Shown piece by piece: positions 1 through 7,529 of a DNA stretch of 50,013 nucleotides; the stretch's first letter is position 1, and every line of letters starts with the position of its first letter. Both the position numbers and the translations under genes were made by a program. A model generated the notes under the pieces. That model was not told the DNA's origin, searched no databases, and saw only the letters and a list, made by a program, of their open reading frames with translations. The stretch is from an uncultured Pseudomonadota bacterium (GTDB lineage Bacteria; Pseudomonadota; Alphaproteobacteria; Rs-D84), in contig CADAHF010000003.1 in NCBI GenBank assembly GCA_902787665.1, forward strand, positions 1-50,013, read 5' to 3'.

Positions 1-27
1 ACTAAGCAGAAAAAACTTGAAAAACCG

Positions 28-585
28 TTGCCAAAAATAAAACAACAATTTATTGATCCTGCAGATTCTATTCGTAATTATTGGTTAAAAGCAGGCGATC
101 CTTATGGGGTGGCTCAAAGAAGCGAGTACTGGGTTTCAACATTTGTTTATTGTGTGTTGTTTACCGTGATAGTTATGGGTATAGGAGAGATATTTCAAAG
201 TCTGCACCCTGATTGTTTTGAAGAATGGGTTTTACAAGAAGATAAAGTTTTTTGCATGGGATATACAGGTAGGTATCATGTGCTTTCTTTTATAGTTGGT
301 ATAATACCAATTGTTCCGCAAACAACCCTGAATGCACGTAGATGGCATGATTTGGGTTGGCCAGGTTTTTTGGCTATCGTTCCCATAGTTTTGTTGATAC
401 TTGCGGCAGCAAAAAGTAATATAACCATATTCTCAGTTTTGTTTGGATTGTTCACGATAGTGCAGCTAATCGCATTTTGTTTTCCATCAAAAATTCAAAA
501 CAATCCTTACAGAAAACGAAATAAGAAAAAAGTTTCTGAAGTACCAAATAAAAAGAAAACTTATGAATGGCAAGATTGGGATTAA
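28..585 (+). CDS. DUF805-family inner-membrane protein (possibly 5'-partial)
   Basis: 185-aa ORF. 'QRSEYW' near the N-terminus and 'RRWHDLGWPG' between hydrophobic segments match the DUF805/YhaH signature. A hairpin terminator follows the stop. TTG at 28 is only the first possible start. The frame has no stop back to nt 1, so the gene may begin upstream of the window. Confidence 0.6.
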   Translation: MPKIKQQFIDPADSIRNYWLKAGDPYGVAQRSEYWVSTFVYCVLFTVIVMGIGEIFQSLHPDCFEEWVLQEDKVFCMGYTGRYHVLSFIVGIIPIVPQTTLNARRWHDLGWPGFLAIVPIVLLILAAAKSNITIFSVLFGLFTIVQLIAFCFPSKIQNNPYRKRNKKKVSEVPNKKKTYEWQDWD

Positions 586-612
586 AAAACCGGTCAAACG
601 ACCGGTTTTTTA
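584..612. terminator. Bidirectional rho-independent terminator
   Basis: Stem CCGGTC (590-595) / GACCGG (600-605), loop AAAC, A-run before and T-run after. It lies between convergent ORFs. Confidence 0.7.
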
Positions 613-620
613 TTTTGTGG

Positions 621-749
621 TTATTTACCACGGTTGCCAAGCGTACTGCCAGCAAGCCTTTTTGCACTACGTGAAGAGTGTGGGTTTGACAACACTTTTG
701 ATGCTGTGTGTGCCACACGTTTCGAAGTACGAATGCCGTTTCTTGACAT
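621..749 (-). CDS. Small highly basic protein (42 aa), hypothetical
   Basis: Not in the ORF track because it is under 60 aa. Hand translation: MSRNGIRTSKRVAHTASKVLSNPHSSRSAKRLAGSTLGNRGK. AAAGGAG lies 7 nt upstream of the ATG (749). The ORF sits directly downstream of the HNH ORF and ends at the 584-612 terminator. Confidence 0.3.
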   Translation of the reverse strand: MSRNGIRTSKRVAHTASKVLSNPHSSRSAKRLAGSTLGNRGK

Positions 750-761
750 TTTGTTACTCCT

Positions 762-995
762 TTATTTTAGACAACAATCCCCCTTTGTACATTCGCAGCG
801 ATTTCCTGCGCGCGCCAAAGCAAGAATTTTTGTGGTTTCTGTAAAAGGTTCTGGACTTGAATGGTTGGTGTCCCCATATGAAGACGTGTTGACATGACAC
901 TGATGGCATAAAACCATTGCGTTGTCTAAACCATTCCCGTCACTTACCCGTTTATGATGGACTTCTAAGCCCCATGTTCTACAACACCTTGACAT
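762..995 (-). CDS. Small HNH endonuclease-like protein
   Basis: 77-aa ORF with 'LEVHHK...DGNGLDNAMVLCHQCH' (H-N-H core) and a C-terminal Cys cluster 'RAGNRCECTKGDCC'. AAAAGGA lies 6 nt upstream of the ATG. The overlapping ORF 965-1219 in another frame carries 'PLCFRYGC', so this could be a frameshifted remnant of a longer gene. Confidence 0.55.
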   Translation of the reverse strand: MSRCCRTWGLEVHHKRVSDGNGLDNAMVLCHQCHVNTSSYGDTNHSSPEPFTETTKILALARAGNRCECTKGDCCLK

Positions 996-1497
996 ATTTG
1001 ATCCTTTTGGCTGTCAAGTTGGCAACCATACCTAAAACAAAGTGGTTGCGATTGATTTGGGACTTTGTTATAATATACCTTGTCGACGGGGTATATTATT
1101 GGTATCCCATACGAGAAAGGGTTATTGCTGTAACAATGATCCTTTCCTTGTTTTAACAACATATAGTTGCCAAACATATCGTACATACACAACATATTGA
1201 GTTTTTTGAAAAAATTCAATACAAGAAATTTGCTAAGTATATGATTTTTCTCTTTACTTTTTTAAAAGTATGTTTTCCGCACCTTGCAGGGCGAATCGAT
1301 GGTGTTTGTTTGTGCGTTTTCTGATACAAAATTTGGTTTTGTGTAATAAAATAATGTATTTTTTATGCGCAATCGATTCGTTTTACTTGATTTTTTTGTT
1401 TTTTAGAGTGTTTTTGTGTATATAAACAGTTTTTATATTTTTATAGAATTTGATAAAATATATATTAATATACCAATATCAAATGTGTGTGAGAGAG

Positions 1498-2244
1498 ATG
1501 AAACAAATACCAGTTGTATCTTTGGATAAAATTAACAAAAGTTTTCCACTGGCCATCGGTGGCGAACAACAGGTTTTGTTTGATATAAATATTGATATTC
1601 AACCAGGGGAATTTGTTGCAATTATGGGACCGTCTGGGTCTGGTAAATCAACATGTATGAATATTATTGGTGCGCTGGATGCGGCAACATCTGGGATATA
1701 TAAATTATATGGACGTGACATTACGACAATGACGGCGGACGAATTGGCAAATGTGCGTAATGAATATATTGGGTTCGTTTTTCAAAATTTTAATTTATTA
1801 CCAAAGCGCAATATTTTGGACAATGTTATGTTGCCGCTGATGTATCGTGGGTTGCCTATGTCTGAACGCATATCACGTGCCAAAGAAATGTTAAAATTTG
1901 TTGGTCTTGATAAATTTGAAACTTATTTTCCGACACAGTTATCGGGTGGTATGAAACAACGCGTTGCTATTGCGCGTGCGCTGGCGGGTGATCCAAAAAT
2001 TATTCTTGCGGACGAACCAACCGGTGCATTGGACAGTAAGATGGGTAATGAAATTTTAAAGTTCTTTAAGAAATTAAACAAAGATTTGGGTATAACTATT
2101 ATTATGATTACGCACGAATTTGATATCGCCAGTTATGCCGACAGAATTATTCACATATACGATGGTCGCATCGTTTATGACGGCCCGGTTCCAAAAAGTG
2201 AATCTGTATTGATGCGCGCAGAACAAAAGGCACATAAAAAATGA
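1498..2244 (+). CDS. ABC transporter ATP-binding protein (MacB/LolD/FtsE-like class)
   Basis: Walker A 'GPSGSGKST', signature 'LSGGMKQRVAIARAL', Walker B 'ILADEPTGALD'. Start moved to the ATG at 1498 (MKQIPVV), which is preceded by GAGAGAG. Confidence 0.9.
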   Translation: MKQIPVVSLDKINKSFPLAIGGEQQVLFDINIDIQPGEFVAIMGPSGSGKSTCMNIIGALDAATSGIYKLYGRDITTMTADELANVRNEYIGFVFQNFNLLPKRNILDNVMLPLMYRGLPMSERISRAKEMLKFVGLDKFETYFPTQLSGGMKQRVAIARALAGDPKIILADEPTGALDSKMGNEILKFFKKLNKDLGITIIMITHEFDIASYADRIIHIYDGRIVYDGPVPKSESVLMRAEQKAHKK

Positions 2245-3458
2245 CATTTGCTGATATAGCCAAGGAATCTTGGTTGTCTATAAGTGGGAATAAAATCCGT
2301 TCTTTTTTAACGGTGTTGGGCATTGTTATCGGCGTTATGGCGGTTGTTGTTATGGTTGCGGTTGGTGAAACTGTTCAACAATCAATCACAGATCAATTCT
2401 CATCGCTTGGGACAAATACAATAATGATACGTGCTGGCGCAGCACAAAGTGCGGGGGTGCGGTCTGGTAACCGAATGACATTAACGCTTGATGATGCAGA
2501 AGCTATTGCTCGTTTGCCAGATGTGATGGCAGTAAGCCCGGTTGAAAACAGTTCTGCCCAGGTTGTATATGGAAATAAAAACTGGTCAACATCAATGGTT
2601 GGTGTATATCCTGGATATGAAACTGTTCAAAATATTGAAATGAAATATGGTGCATTTTTTGAGCAGACCTCTATTCGTAATGCTTCTACATATGCGATTA
2701 TTGGTCCAAATACAGCCGAAGAACTTGGAATGCCAGAAAACCCAGTGGGCGAAGTTATTCGTGTCCGAAATACACCATTGACAGTTATTGGTGTAACAAA
2801 AGCCAAGGGTGATTCTGGTATGATGTCCCAAGACGATATGGTTATCGTTCCGCTTTCTACACTTAAAAAACGTATCCAAGGCAGTCGTTTTCCAAATTCG
2901 GTTGGAACGATAAATGTAAAACTTTATGCAGATGCAGATAATAATATTGTTGTCGAACAATTAACTGCATTGTTGCGTGAACGGCATAAATTACAAGACG
3001 GTGCCGCAGATGATTTTCAAATTACAGATATGAAACAGGTTATGGAAACCATGGAAACGGTCAGTGGTTATTTAAAATTGTTGCTTGTTGCGATTGCGGC
3101 GGTGTCATTAATTGTTGGTGCAATTGGAATTATGAATATGATGTTGGTATCGGTTACTGAACGCACACGTGAAATTGGTATACGCAAGGCAATTGGTGCG
3201 CGCGAGTCAAGTATTACGATTCAATTTCTGTCTGAATCGATTTTGATATCGTTTATTGGCTCAATGACTGGTCTTATACTTGGGGTTGGTTTGTCCCAGG
3301 GTGTTGGTCGTTTTGTTATGGGTTATAATGTGCCGTTTAGTATTTGGCCGGTTATATTGTCGGTAACTGTTGCGCTTATTGTGGGTTTAACATCTGGGGT
3401 TATGCCAGCAAGAAAGGCGGCAAAATTAAACCCGATTGATAGTTTGCGTTATGAATAG
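2241..3458 (+). CDS. ABC transporter permease, MacB-like periplasmic domain plus FtsX domain
   Basis: 405 aa with an N-terminal TM segment, a large periplasmic domain and the C-terminal FtsX-type motif 'ERTREIGIRKAIGA'. The ATGA overlap with the upstream ATPase indicates translational coupling. Confidence 0.9.
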   Translation: MTFADIAKESWLSISGNKIRSFLTVLGIVIGVMAVVVMVAVGETVQQSITDQFSSLGTNTIMIRAGAAQSAGVRSGNRMTLTLDDAEAIARLPDVMAVSPVENSSAQVVYGNKNWSTSMVGVYPGYETVQNIEMKYGAFFEQTSIRNASTYAIIGPNTAEELGMPENPVGEVIRVRNTPLTVIGVTKAKGDSGMMSQDDMVIVPLSTLKKRIQGSRFPNSVGTINVKLYADADNNIVVEQLTALLRERHKLQDGAADDFQITDMKQVMETMETVSGYLKLLLVAIAAVSLIVGAIGIMNMMLVSVTERTREIGIRKAIGARESSITIQFLSESILISFIGSMTGLILGVGLSQGVGRFVMGYNVPFSIWPVILSVTVALIVGLTSGVMPARKAAKLNPIDSLRYE

Positions 3459-3484
3459 TGGTTTGTCAGTGGTATAAATACATA

Positions 3485-3513
3485 TTGATTTTAGCATATC
3501 CCTTTAATATAAT
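3485..3513 (+). promoter_or_regulatory. Sigma70-type promoter candidate
   Basis: TTGATT (3485-3490), 17-nt spacer, TATAAT (3508-3513), about 36 nt upstream of the ATG at 3550. Confidence 0.5.
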
Positions 3514-3549
3514 AAAAATCACTTGAAACAATAAGCAAGAGATATACAC

Positions 3550-4158
3550 ATGGCAAAAGAAAAAGATATGAAAAAATTATCAATGGAAGAAATGATTGAA
3601 AAATTGGATAACGCAAAAAAGGTTAATCCGCTTGATTTGTCATCTGACCAGGATTTATCGATTGCGTTGATGAACCTTATATCACTCGAAGAACATTTCT
3701 TTTTCAGTGGTGCCAAAACACAAAAGCCGGGATTTTATGATTTGCTGAACACTACCCGTGAAATGCGTAAAGAATTAATGGCGCGCATTGTGGACAAATC
3801 GTCTGCCGAAGGGGGCGAGGTCTGGTGTATTTCAAAACACTTGCTTGCTGCATCAATGCGTTTAATGGAGGTTGGCACAAAAGCACTTGGTGCCGGCAAT
3901 AAAAAAGACGCTGAATTAATGTTTGAAAAGGCATATGATTTGTATTCGCTGTTTTGGGGTTTAAATATGCACTTGATTGATTTGGGTGGGGTGCATGAAC
4001 AGATTCCAGAATTTTATGACGCTGTTTTGGTTAAAAAAGACGGCGATAAAAAAGATGAAAAAAAACCGGAAAATGCCGGTAAAAAAGAACACGAAACATC
4101 GGCGGTTAAACGCCTTGGTAAATGGGTTAAAAACAAGGTTAATTGTTGTATAGAGTGA
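3550..4158 (+). CDS. Hypothetical protein with Lys-rich tail ending in CCIE
   Basis: 202-aa ORF with its own promoter candidate and a strong terminator. No family recognised. The C-terminus is 'KRLGKWVKNKVNCCIE'. Confidence 0.6.
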   Translation: MAKEKDMKKLSMEEMIEKLDNAKKVNPLDLSSDQDLSIALMNLISLEEHFFFSGAKTQKPGFYDLLNTTREMRKELMARIVDKSSAEGGEVWCISKHLLAASMRLMEVGTKALGAGNKKDAELMFEKAYDLYSLFWGLNMHLIDLGGVHEQIPEFYDAVLVKKDGDKKDEKKPENAGKKEHETSAVKRLGKWVKNKVNCCIE

Positions 4159-4183
4159 TTAGTGACAAGTGTTAGTGGTTAGT

Positions 4184-4220
4184 AAAAAAAACACCGGCAA
4201 ATGCCGGTGTTTTTTTTATT
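4184..4220. terminator. Bidirectional rho-independent terminator
   Basis: ACACCGGC (4191-4198) / GCCGGTGT (4203-4210), loop AAAT, flanked by an A-run and a T-run, between convergent ORFs. Confidence 0.8.
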
Positions 4221-4464
4221 TTTCTTTACCTAAGCGGTTGCGTTTACGTATTAATGCAAGCGCGGCAGCAAAAGATATAAAACTTGCACCACTCATTGTA
4301 TATGTGACAGCTGGACTTGGAATATGCAGATGGGCGCGTTCTTCAGCGGTTGCAAATTCACGTGCATCATCACTGCCAGCGACACCAAGTGCCAATATAA
4401 TACCGACAGTGCCACAAATGTTTGCGTGGTTTGTTAATTTTTTGTATTGTTGTCTTTTATCCAT
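4216..4464 (-). CDS. Small protein (82 aa) with N-terminal and C-terminal hydrophobic segments
   Basis: AAAGGG lies 6 nt upstream of the ATG. The N-terminal hydrophobic stretch ICGTVGIILALGVAGS is signal-like. The C-terminal 'PSPAV...SGASFISFAAALALIRKRNR' resembles a sorting or anchor tail. The ORF ends at the terminator. Confidence 0.45.
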   Translation of the reverse strand: MDKRQQYKKLTNHANICGTVGIILALGVAGSDDAREFATAEERAHLHIPSPAVTYTMSGASFISFAAALALIRKRNRLGKEK

Positions 4465-4573
4465 GGTTTTGCCCTTTGGTTATTATATTTTTATTATAGC
4501 ACGAATTTGTAATTTGTCAACCATATATTAAAAATCAAATTGACTTAATATCGGGGTGTGGCAAAATCAAATC

Positions 4574-5296
4574 ATGAGAATTGATGTTGTTCTTGTTGAT
4601 TTGGGGTTGTTCGAATCGCGCAACCGGGCGGCAAACGCTGTGCGGGGTGGGGCGGTGTTTTATGGCGATGTGTCGGTGACTAAACCCAGTTTTGATGTTG
4701 AAAACCCAGATTTAGTTTCTGTGCGGGGGGCGGTTATGCCATATGTTTCGCGTGGTGGGTTAAAGTTAGAACATGCACTGAATACTTTTCATATTGATAT
4801 GACTGGTCGCAATATGATTGATATTGGTTCATCTACTGGGGGTTTTTGTGATGTTGCGTTGAGGCGCGGCGTTGCACATATTGTCGCGGTGGATACCGGC
4901 ACCGATCAAATGCATAAATCATTGCGCAATAACCCGAAAATAGATTTGCATGAACAGACGGATTTCCGCCATATAGACGATTCTTTGGTTGAAAATATAG
5001 ATATTGCTACAATTGACATTTCTTTTATTTCGGTGACGAAAATCTTGGATAAATTGGCAACTTTGCCGGAATTACATGATGTTGTGTGCTTGGTAAAGCC
5101 GCAATTTGAATGTGGCCCAGAAATATCAACCAAATATCGCGGGGTTATTCGTGATGAAAATGTGCACAAATCTGTTATAGAAAATGTTGTTGCGGCATTT
5201 GAAAAGCATGGATTTAAGTGTTGTGGGCTTATTAAATCGCCAATTGCCGGCGGGTCGGGTAATACTGAATTTTTGGGGCATTTTGTGCGTCACTAA
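4574..5296 (+). CDS. tlyA: TlyA-family rRNA 2'-O-methyltransferase (S4 plus FtsJ-like domains)
   Basis: 'YVSRGGLKLEHAL' and the SAM motif 'DIGSSTGGF' are typical of TlyA. Start placed at MRIDVVLV. Confidence 0.85.
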   Translation: MRIDVVLVDLGLFESRNRAANAVRGGAVFYGDVSVTKPSFDVENPDLVSVRGAVMPYVSRGGLKLEHALNTFHIDMTGRNMIDIGSSTGGFCDVALRRGVAHIVAVDTGTDQMHKSLRNNPKIDLHEQTDFRHIDDSLVENIDIATIDISFISVTKILDKLATLPELHDVVCLVKPQFECGPEISTKYRGVIRDENVHKSVIENVVAAFEKHGFKCCGLIKSPIAGGSGNTEFLGHFVRH

Positions 5297-5300
5297 TAAC

Positions 5301-5329
5301 TTGATTATTCAAAAAGTGGGGTTTATAAT
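5301..5329 (+). promoter_or_regulatory. Consensus sigma70 promoter for tRNA-Thr
   Basis: TTGATT (5301-5306), exactly 17 nt, TATAAT (5324-5329). The tRNA 5' end is at 5340. Confidence 0.65.
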
Positions 5330-5339
5330 GCATCCACTT

Positions 5340-5413
5340 GCCCTAATAGTCTAGTGGTAAAACACGTCCTTGGTAAGGACGAGTCGCAAGTCCGATTCTT
5401 GCTTAGGGCACCA
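5340..5413 (+). tRNA. tRNA-Thr (anticodon GGU)
   Basis: Hand-folded cloverleaf. Acceptor GCCCTAA/TTAGGGC, anticodon stem CGTCC/GGACG with loop TTGGTAA, T stem GCAAG/CTTGC with loop TCCGATT, discriminator A and encoded CCA. Confidence 0.8.
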
Positions 5414-5530
5414 CAAATGCACCATCTACTTTGCGTTTGTTTGTTTTTGTTTCCGGTCGTGTATGTCTGATACATTCCCGTCACAAAAACTGCACAATAC
5501 GCAGTATCTTATACATTTGTGTCGCCCAAC

Positions 5531-5563
5531 GGGCACCAAATGCATCATCTCTTTGCGTTTGTG
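5531..5563 (+). repeat. Direct repeat of the tRNA-Thr 3' end plus trailer
   Basis: GGGCACCAAAATGCATCATCTCTTTGCGTTTGT matches 5406-5440 (GGGCACCACAAATGCACCATCTACTTTGCGTTTGT) at 32 of 35 aligned columns. Confidence 0.7.
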
Positions 5564-5741
5564 TTACAAATTTTCGGGCGCGAAATGTTGAAGTGTCTGA
5601 CAAACACAGAGTTTCAGAACCCAGTAAAAGTAATAAATGCGGGGTGGCACCGCGCAAGAAATTGCGCCCCTGCGAATATAATAGTGGGTGCCGAAATTCC
5701 ATTTTAGTTTTTGCGCCCAAGAAAAATAAAAAGGGGTCAAA

Positions 5742-7496
5742 ATGTTGTCTTTGAAATCAAAGTACAGAACACACACTTGCGGTGAATTGTGCGAAAAAAA
5801 TGTTGGTGAAACAGTAACACTGTCTGGATGGGTGCATCGTAAACGCGATCATGGTTCATTATTGTTTGTTGACTTGCGTGATAATTATGGCATTACCCAG
5901 ATTGTTTTTGATGGTGGTAATGAAGCGCTGGAAAAAGTGCATCCGGAATCTGTGATTCAAATTACAGGTAAGGTGGTCGCGCGTGATGCAGAACAAATAA
6001 ACGACAAAATTCCGACTGGACATATAGAGGTTCAAGCACAAGATTGGAGGGTTTTAACAAATGCAGATGTTTTGCCGTTTCCTGTGTTTGGTGATGACGA
6101 CAGTGTTGCCGAAGATTTGCGTTTAAAATATCGCTATATTGATTTGCGTCGTGACAGTTTACATAACAACATTTTAACCCGCAATCGTATTATGAAATTT
6201 TTGCGTGATAAAATGTGGGATCTTGGGTTTAGTGAATTTCAAACACCAATTTTAACAGTATCAAGCCCCGAAGGTGCGCGCGATTATATTGTTCCAAGCC
6301 GTAATCATCATGGTATGTTTTATGCATTGCCCCAGGCACCACAACAATTTAAACAGTTAATCCAGATTTCTGGGTTTGACCGTTATTTCCAAATTGCACC
6401 ATGTTTTCGTGATGAAGATTTGCGTGCGGACAGATTGCTGGAATTTTATCAACTTGATTTGGAAATGTCGTTCGTTGATTTGAAAGACATTCAGGCAGTT
6501 GGTAATGAATTGATGCCCGAATTGATTAAAACATTTGTACCAGGTGCAATTGTTGATCCGGAAATTCCGCATATTCCATTTGATGAAGCGATGCTGAAAT
6601 ATGGATCTGATAAACCAGATTTGCGCAACCCGATTTTAATCAGCGATGTCAGTGAAATCTTCCGTGGGTCTGAATTTGGAATCTTTGCAAATGCTGTTGA
6701 AAACGGCAGTGTCGTTCGCGCGATTCCGGCACCAAATACCGCTGATAAGCCACGTTCTTGGTTTGATAAATTAGGCGAATATGCAACCAAAGAATTGGGT
6801 CTGGGTGGACTTGGGTATATTGTGTTTGCTGATGAACCAAAGGGCCCAGTTGCCAAAAAATTGGATTCAGAACGCATTGCTAAATTGCACGAAATCGCAG
6901 GCGATAATGCAACATTGTTCTTTGTATGCGATGCACCAGAAAATGCAGCCAAAGCAGCTGGAAAATTGCGTATAAAACTGGGCGAAGATTTGGGGTTGAT
7001 TAATCAACACGAATTTAAATTCTGTTGGATTGAAGATTTTCCAATGTACGAATTAAACGAAGAAACTGGAACTATCGATTTTGGACACAATCCATTCAGT
7101 TTACCAAAGGGCGAATTAGACGGTGACCCATTAAAAATCAAAGCAAACCAATTTGATATGGTTTTGAATGGAGCCGAAATTTGCAGTGGCGGACTTCGTA
7201 ACTACAACCCAGAAACAATGGTCAAAGCATTTGCCATTGCGGGGTATGGACCAGAAGTTGTGAAAGAAAAATTTGGCGGAATGTATGCTGCATTCCAATA
7301 TGGTGCGCCACCGCACGGCGGATGCGCATTTGGTATCGATCGTTTGGTTTCTATTATATTGGGAACAACAAATTTACGTGAAGTTGTATTGTTCCCAACA
7401 AACCAGCGGGGTCAAGATCTTATGTTGGGGGCACCACGTGAAGTAACAGAACAACAATTACGTGAAGTACATATCCAGGTAAGAAAGAAAAACTAA
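5742..7496 (+). CDS. aspS: Aspartate--tRNA ligase (bacterial type)
   Basis: 584 aa. N-terminal OB fold 'GWVHRKRDHGSLLFVDLRD', class II motifs 'FQIAPCFRDEDLRADR' and 'GGCAFGIDRL'. Confidence 0.95.
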   Translation: MLSLKSKYRTHTCGELCEKNVGETVTLSGWVHRKRDHGSLLFVDLRDNYGITQIVFDGGNEALEKVHPESVIQITGKVVARDAEQINDKIPTGHIEVQAQDWRVLTNADVLPFPVFGDDDSVAEDLRLKYRYIDLRRDSLHNNILTRNRIMKFLRDKMWDLGFSEFQTPILTVSSPEGARDYIVPSRNHHGMFYALPQAPQQFKQLIQISGFDRYFQIAPCFRDEDLRADRLLEFYQLDLEMSFVDLKDIQAVGNELMPELIKTFVPGAIVDPEIPHIPFDEAMLKYGSDKPDLRNPILISDVSEIFRGSEFGIFANAVENGSVVRAIPAPNTADKPRSWFDKLGEYATKELGLGGLGYIVFADEPKGPVAKKLDSERIAKLHEIAGDNATLFFVCDAPENAAKAAGKLRIKLGEDLGLINQHEFKFCWIEDFPMYELNEETGTIDFGHNPFSLPKGELDGDPLKIKANQFDMVLNGAEICSGGLRNYNPETMVKAFAIAGYGPEVVKEKFGGMYAAFQYGAPPHGGCAFGIDRLVSIILGTTNLREVVLFPTNQRGQDLMLGAPREVTEQQLREVHIQVRKKN

Positions 7497-7527
7497 AGAA
7501 AAAGCCGGCATTTGCCGGCTTTTTTAA
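7497..7527. terminator. Bidirectional rho-independent terminator
   Basis: AGCCGGCA (7503-7510) / TGCCGGCT (7513-7520), flanked by A and T runs, between convergent aspS and the AsmA-like gene. Confidence 0.75.
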
Positions 7528-7529
7528 TA

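Noticed and set aside
917-1219. ORFs 917-1156 (+) and 965-1219 (-) near the HNH gene
   Set aside because: The plus-strand ORF is antisense to the HNH gene and has no RBS. The minus-strand ORF is kept only as a possible frameshifted N-terminal remnant of the HNH gene (see finding) and is not reported as a gene.
1498-3458. MacB-type ABC pair lacking an adjacent membrane-fusion protein, considered as an unusual system
   Set aside because: Two-gene ATPase plus MacB_PCD/FtsX permease operons without an adjacent adaptor are common, so nothing in the sequence marks this one as atypical.
4169-4531. 120-aa plus-strand ORF
   Set aside because: It starts inside the bidirectional terminator and runs antisense to the better-supported 82-aa minus-strand ORF, which has an RBS and ends at the terminator.
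5639-5673. Hairpin GCGCAA-GAAA-TTGCGC nested in GCGGGG...CCCCTGC upstream of aspS, considered as a T-box or other riboswitch
   Set aside because: It is far too short for a T-box leader. No specifier, T-box or antiterminator elements were recognisable. It is most likely a simple structural element or terminator remnant.
5370-5776. Five small overlapping ORFs (62-107 aa) in the tRNA-Thr/aspS spacer
   Set aside because: They overlap one another in several frames, lack RBS and are Cys/Arg-rich nonsense-like translations. The region is better explained as non-coding DNA containing the att-like repeat.
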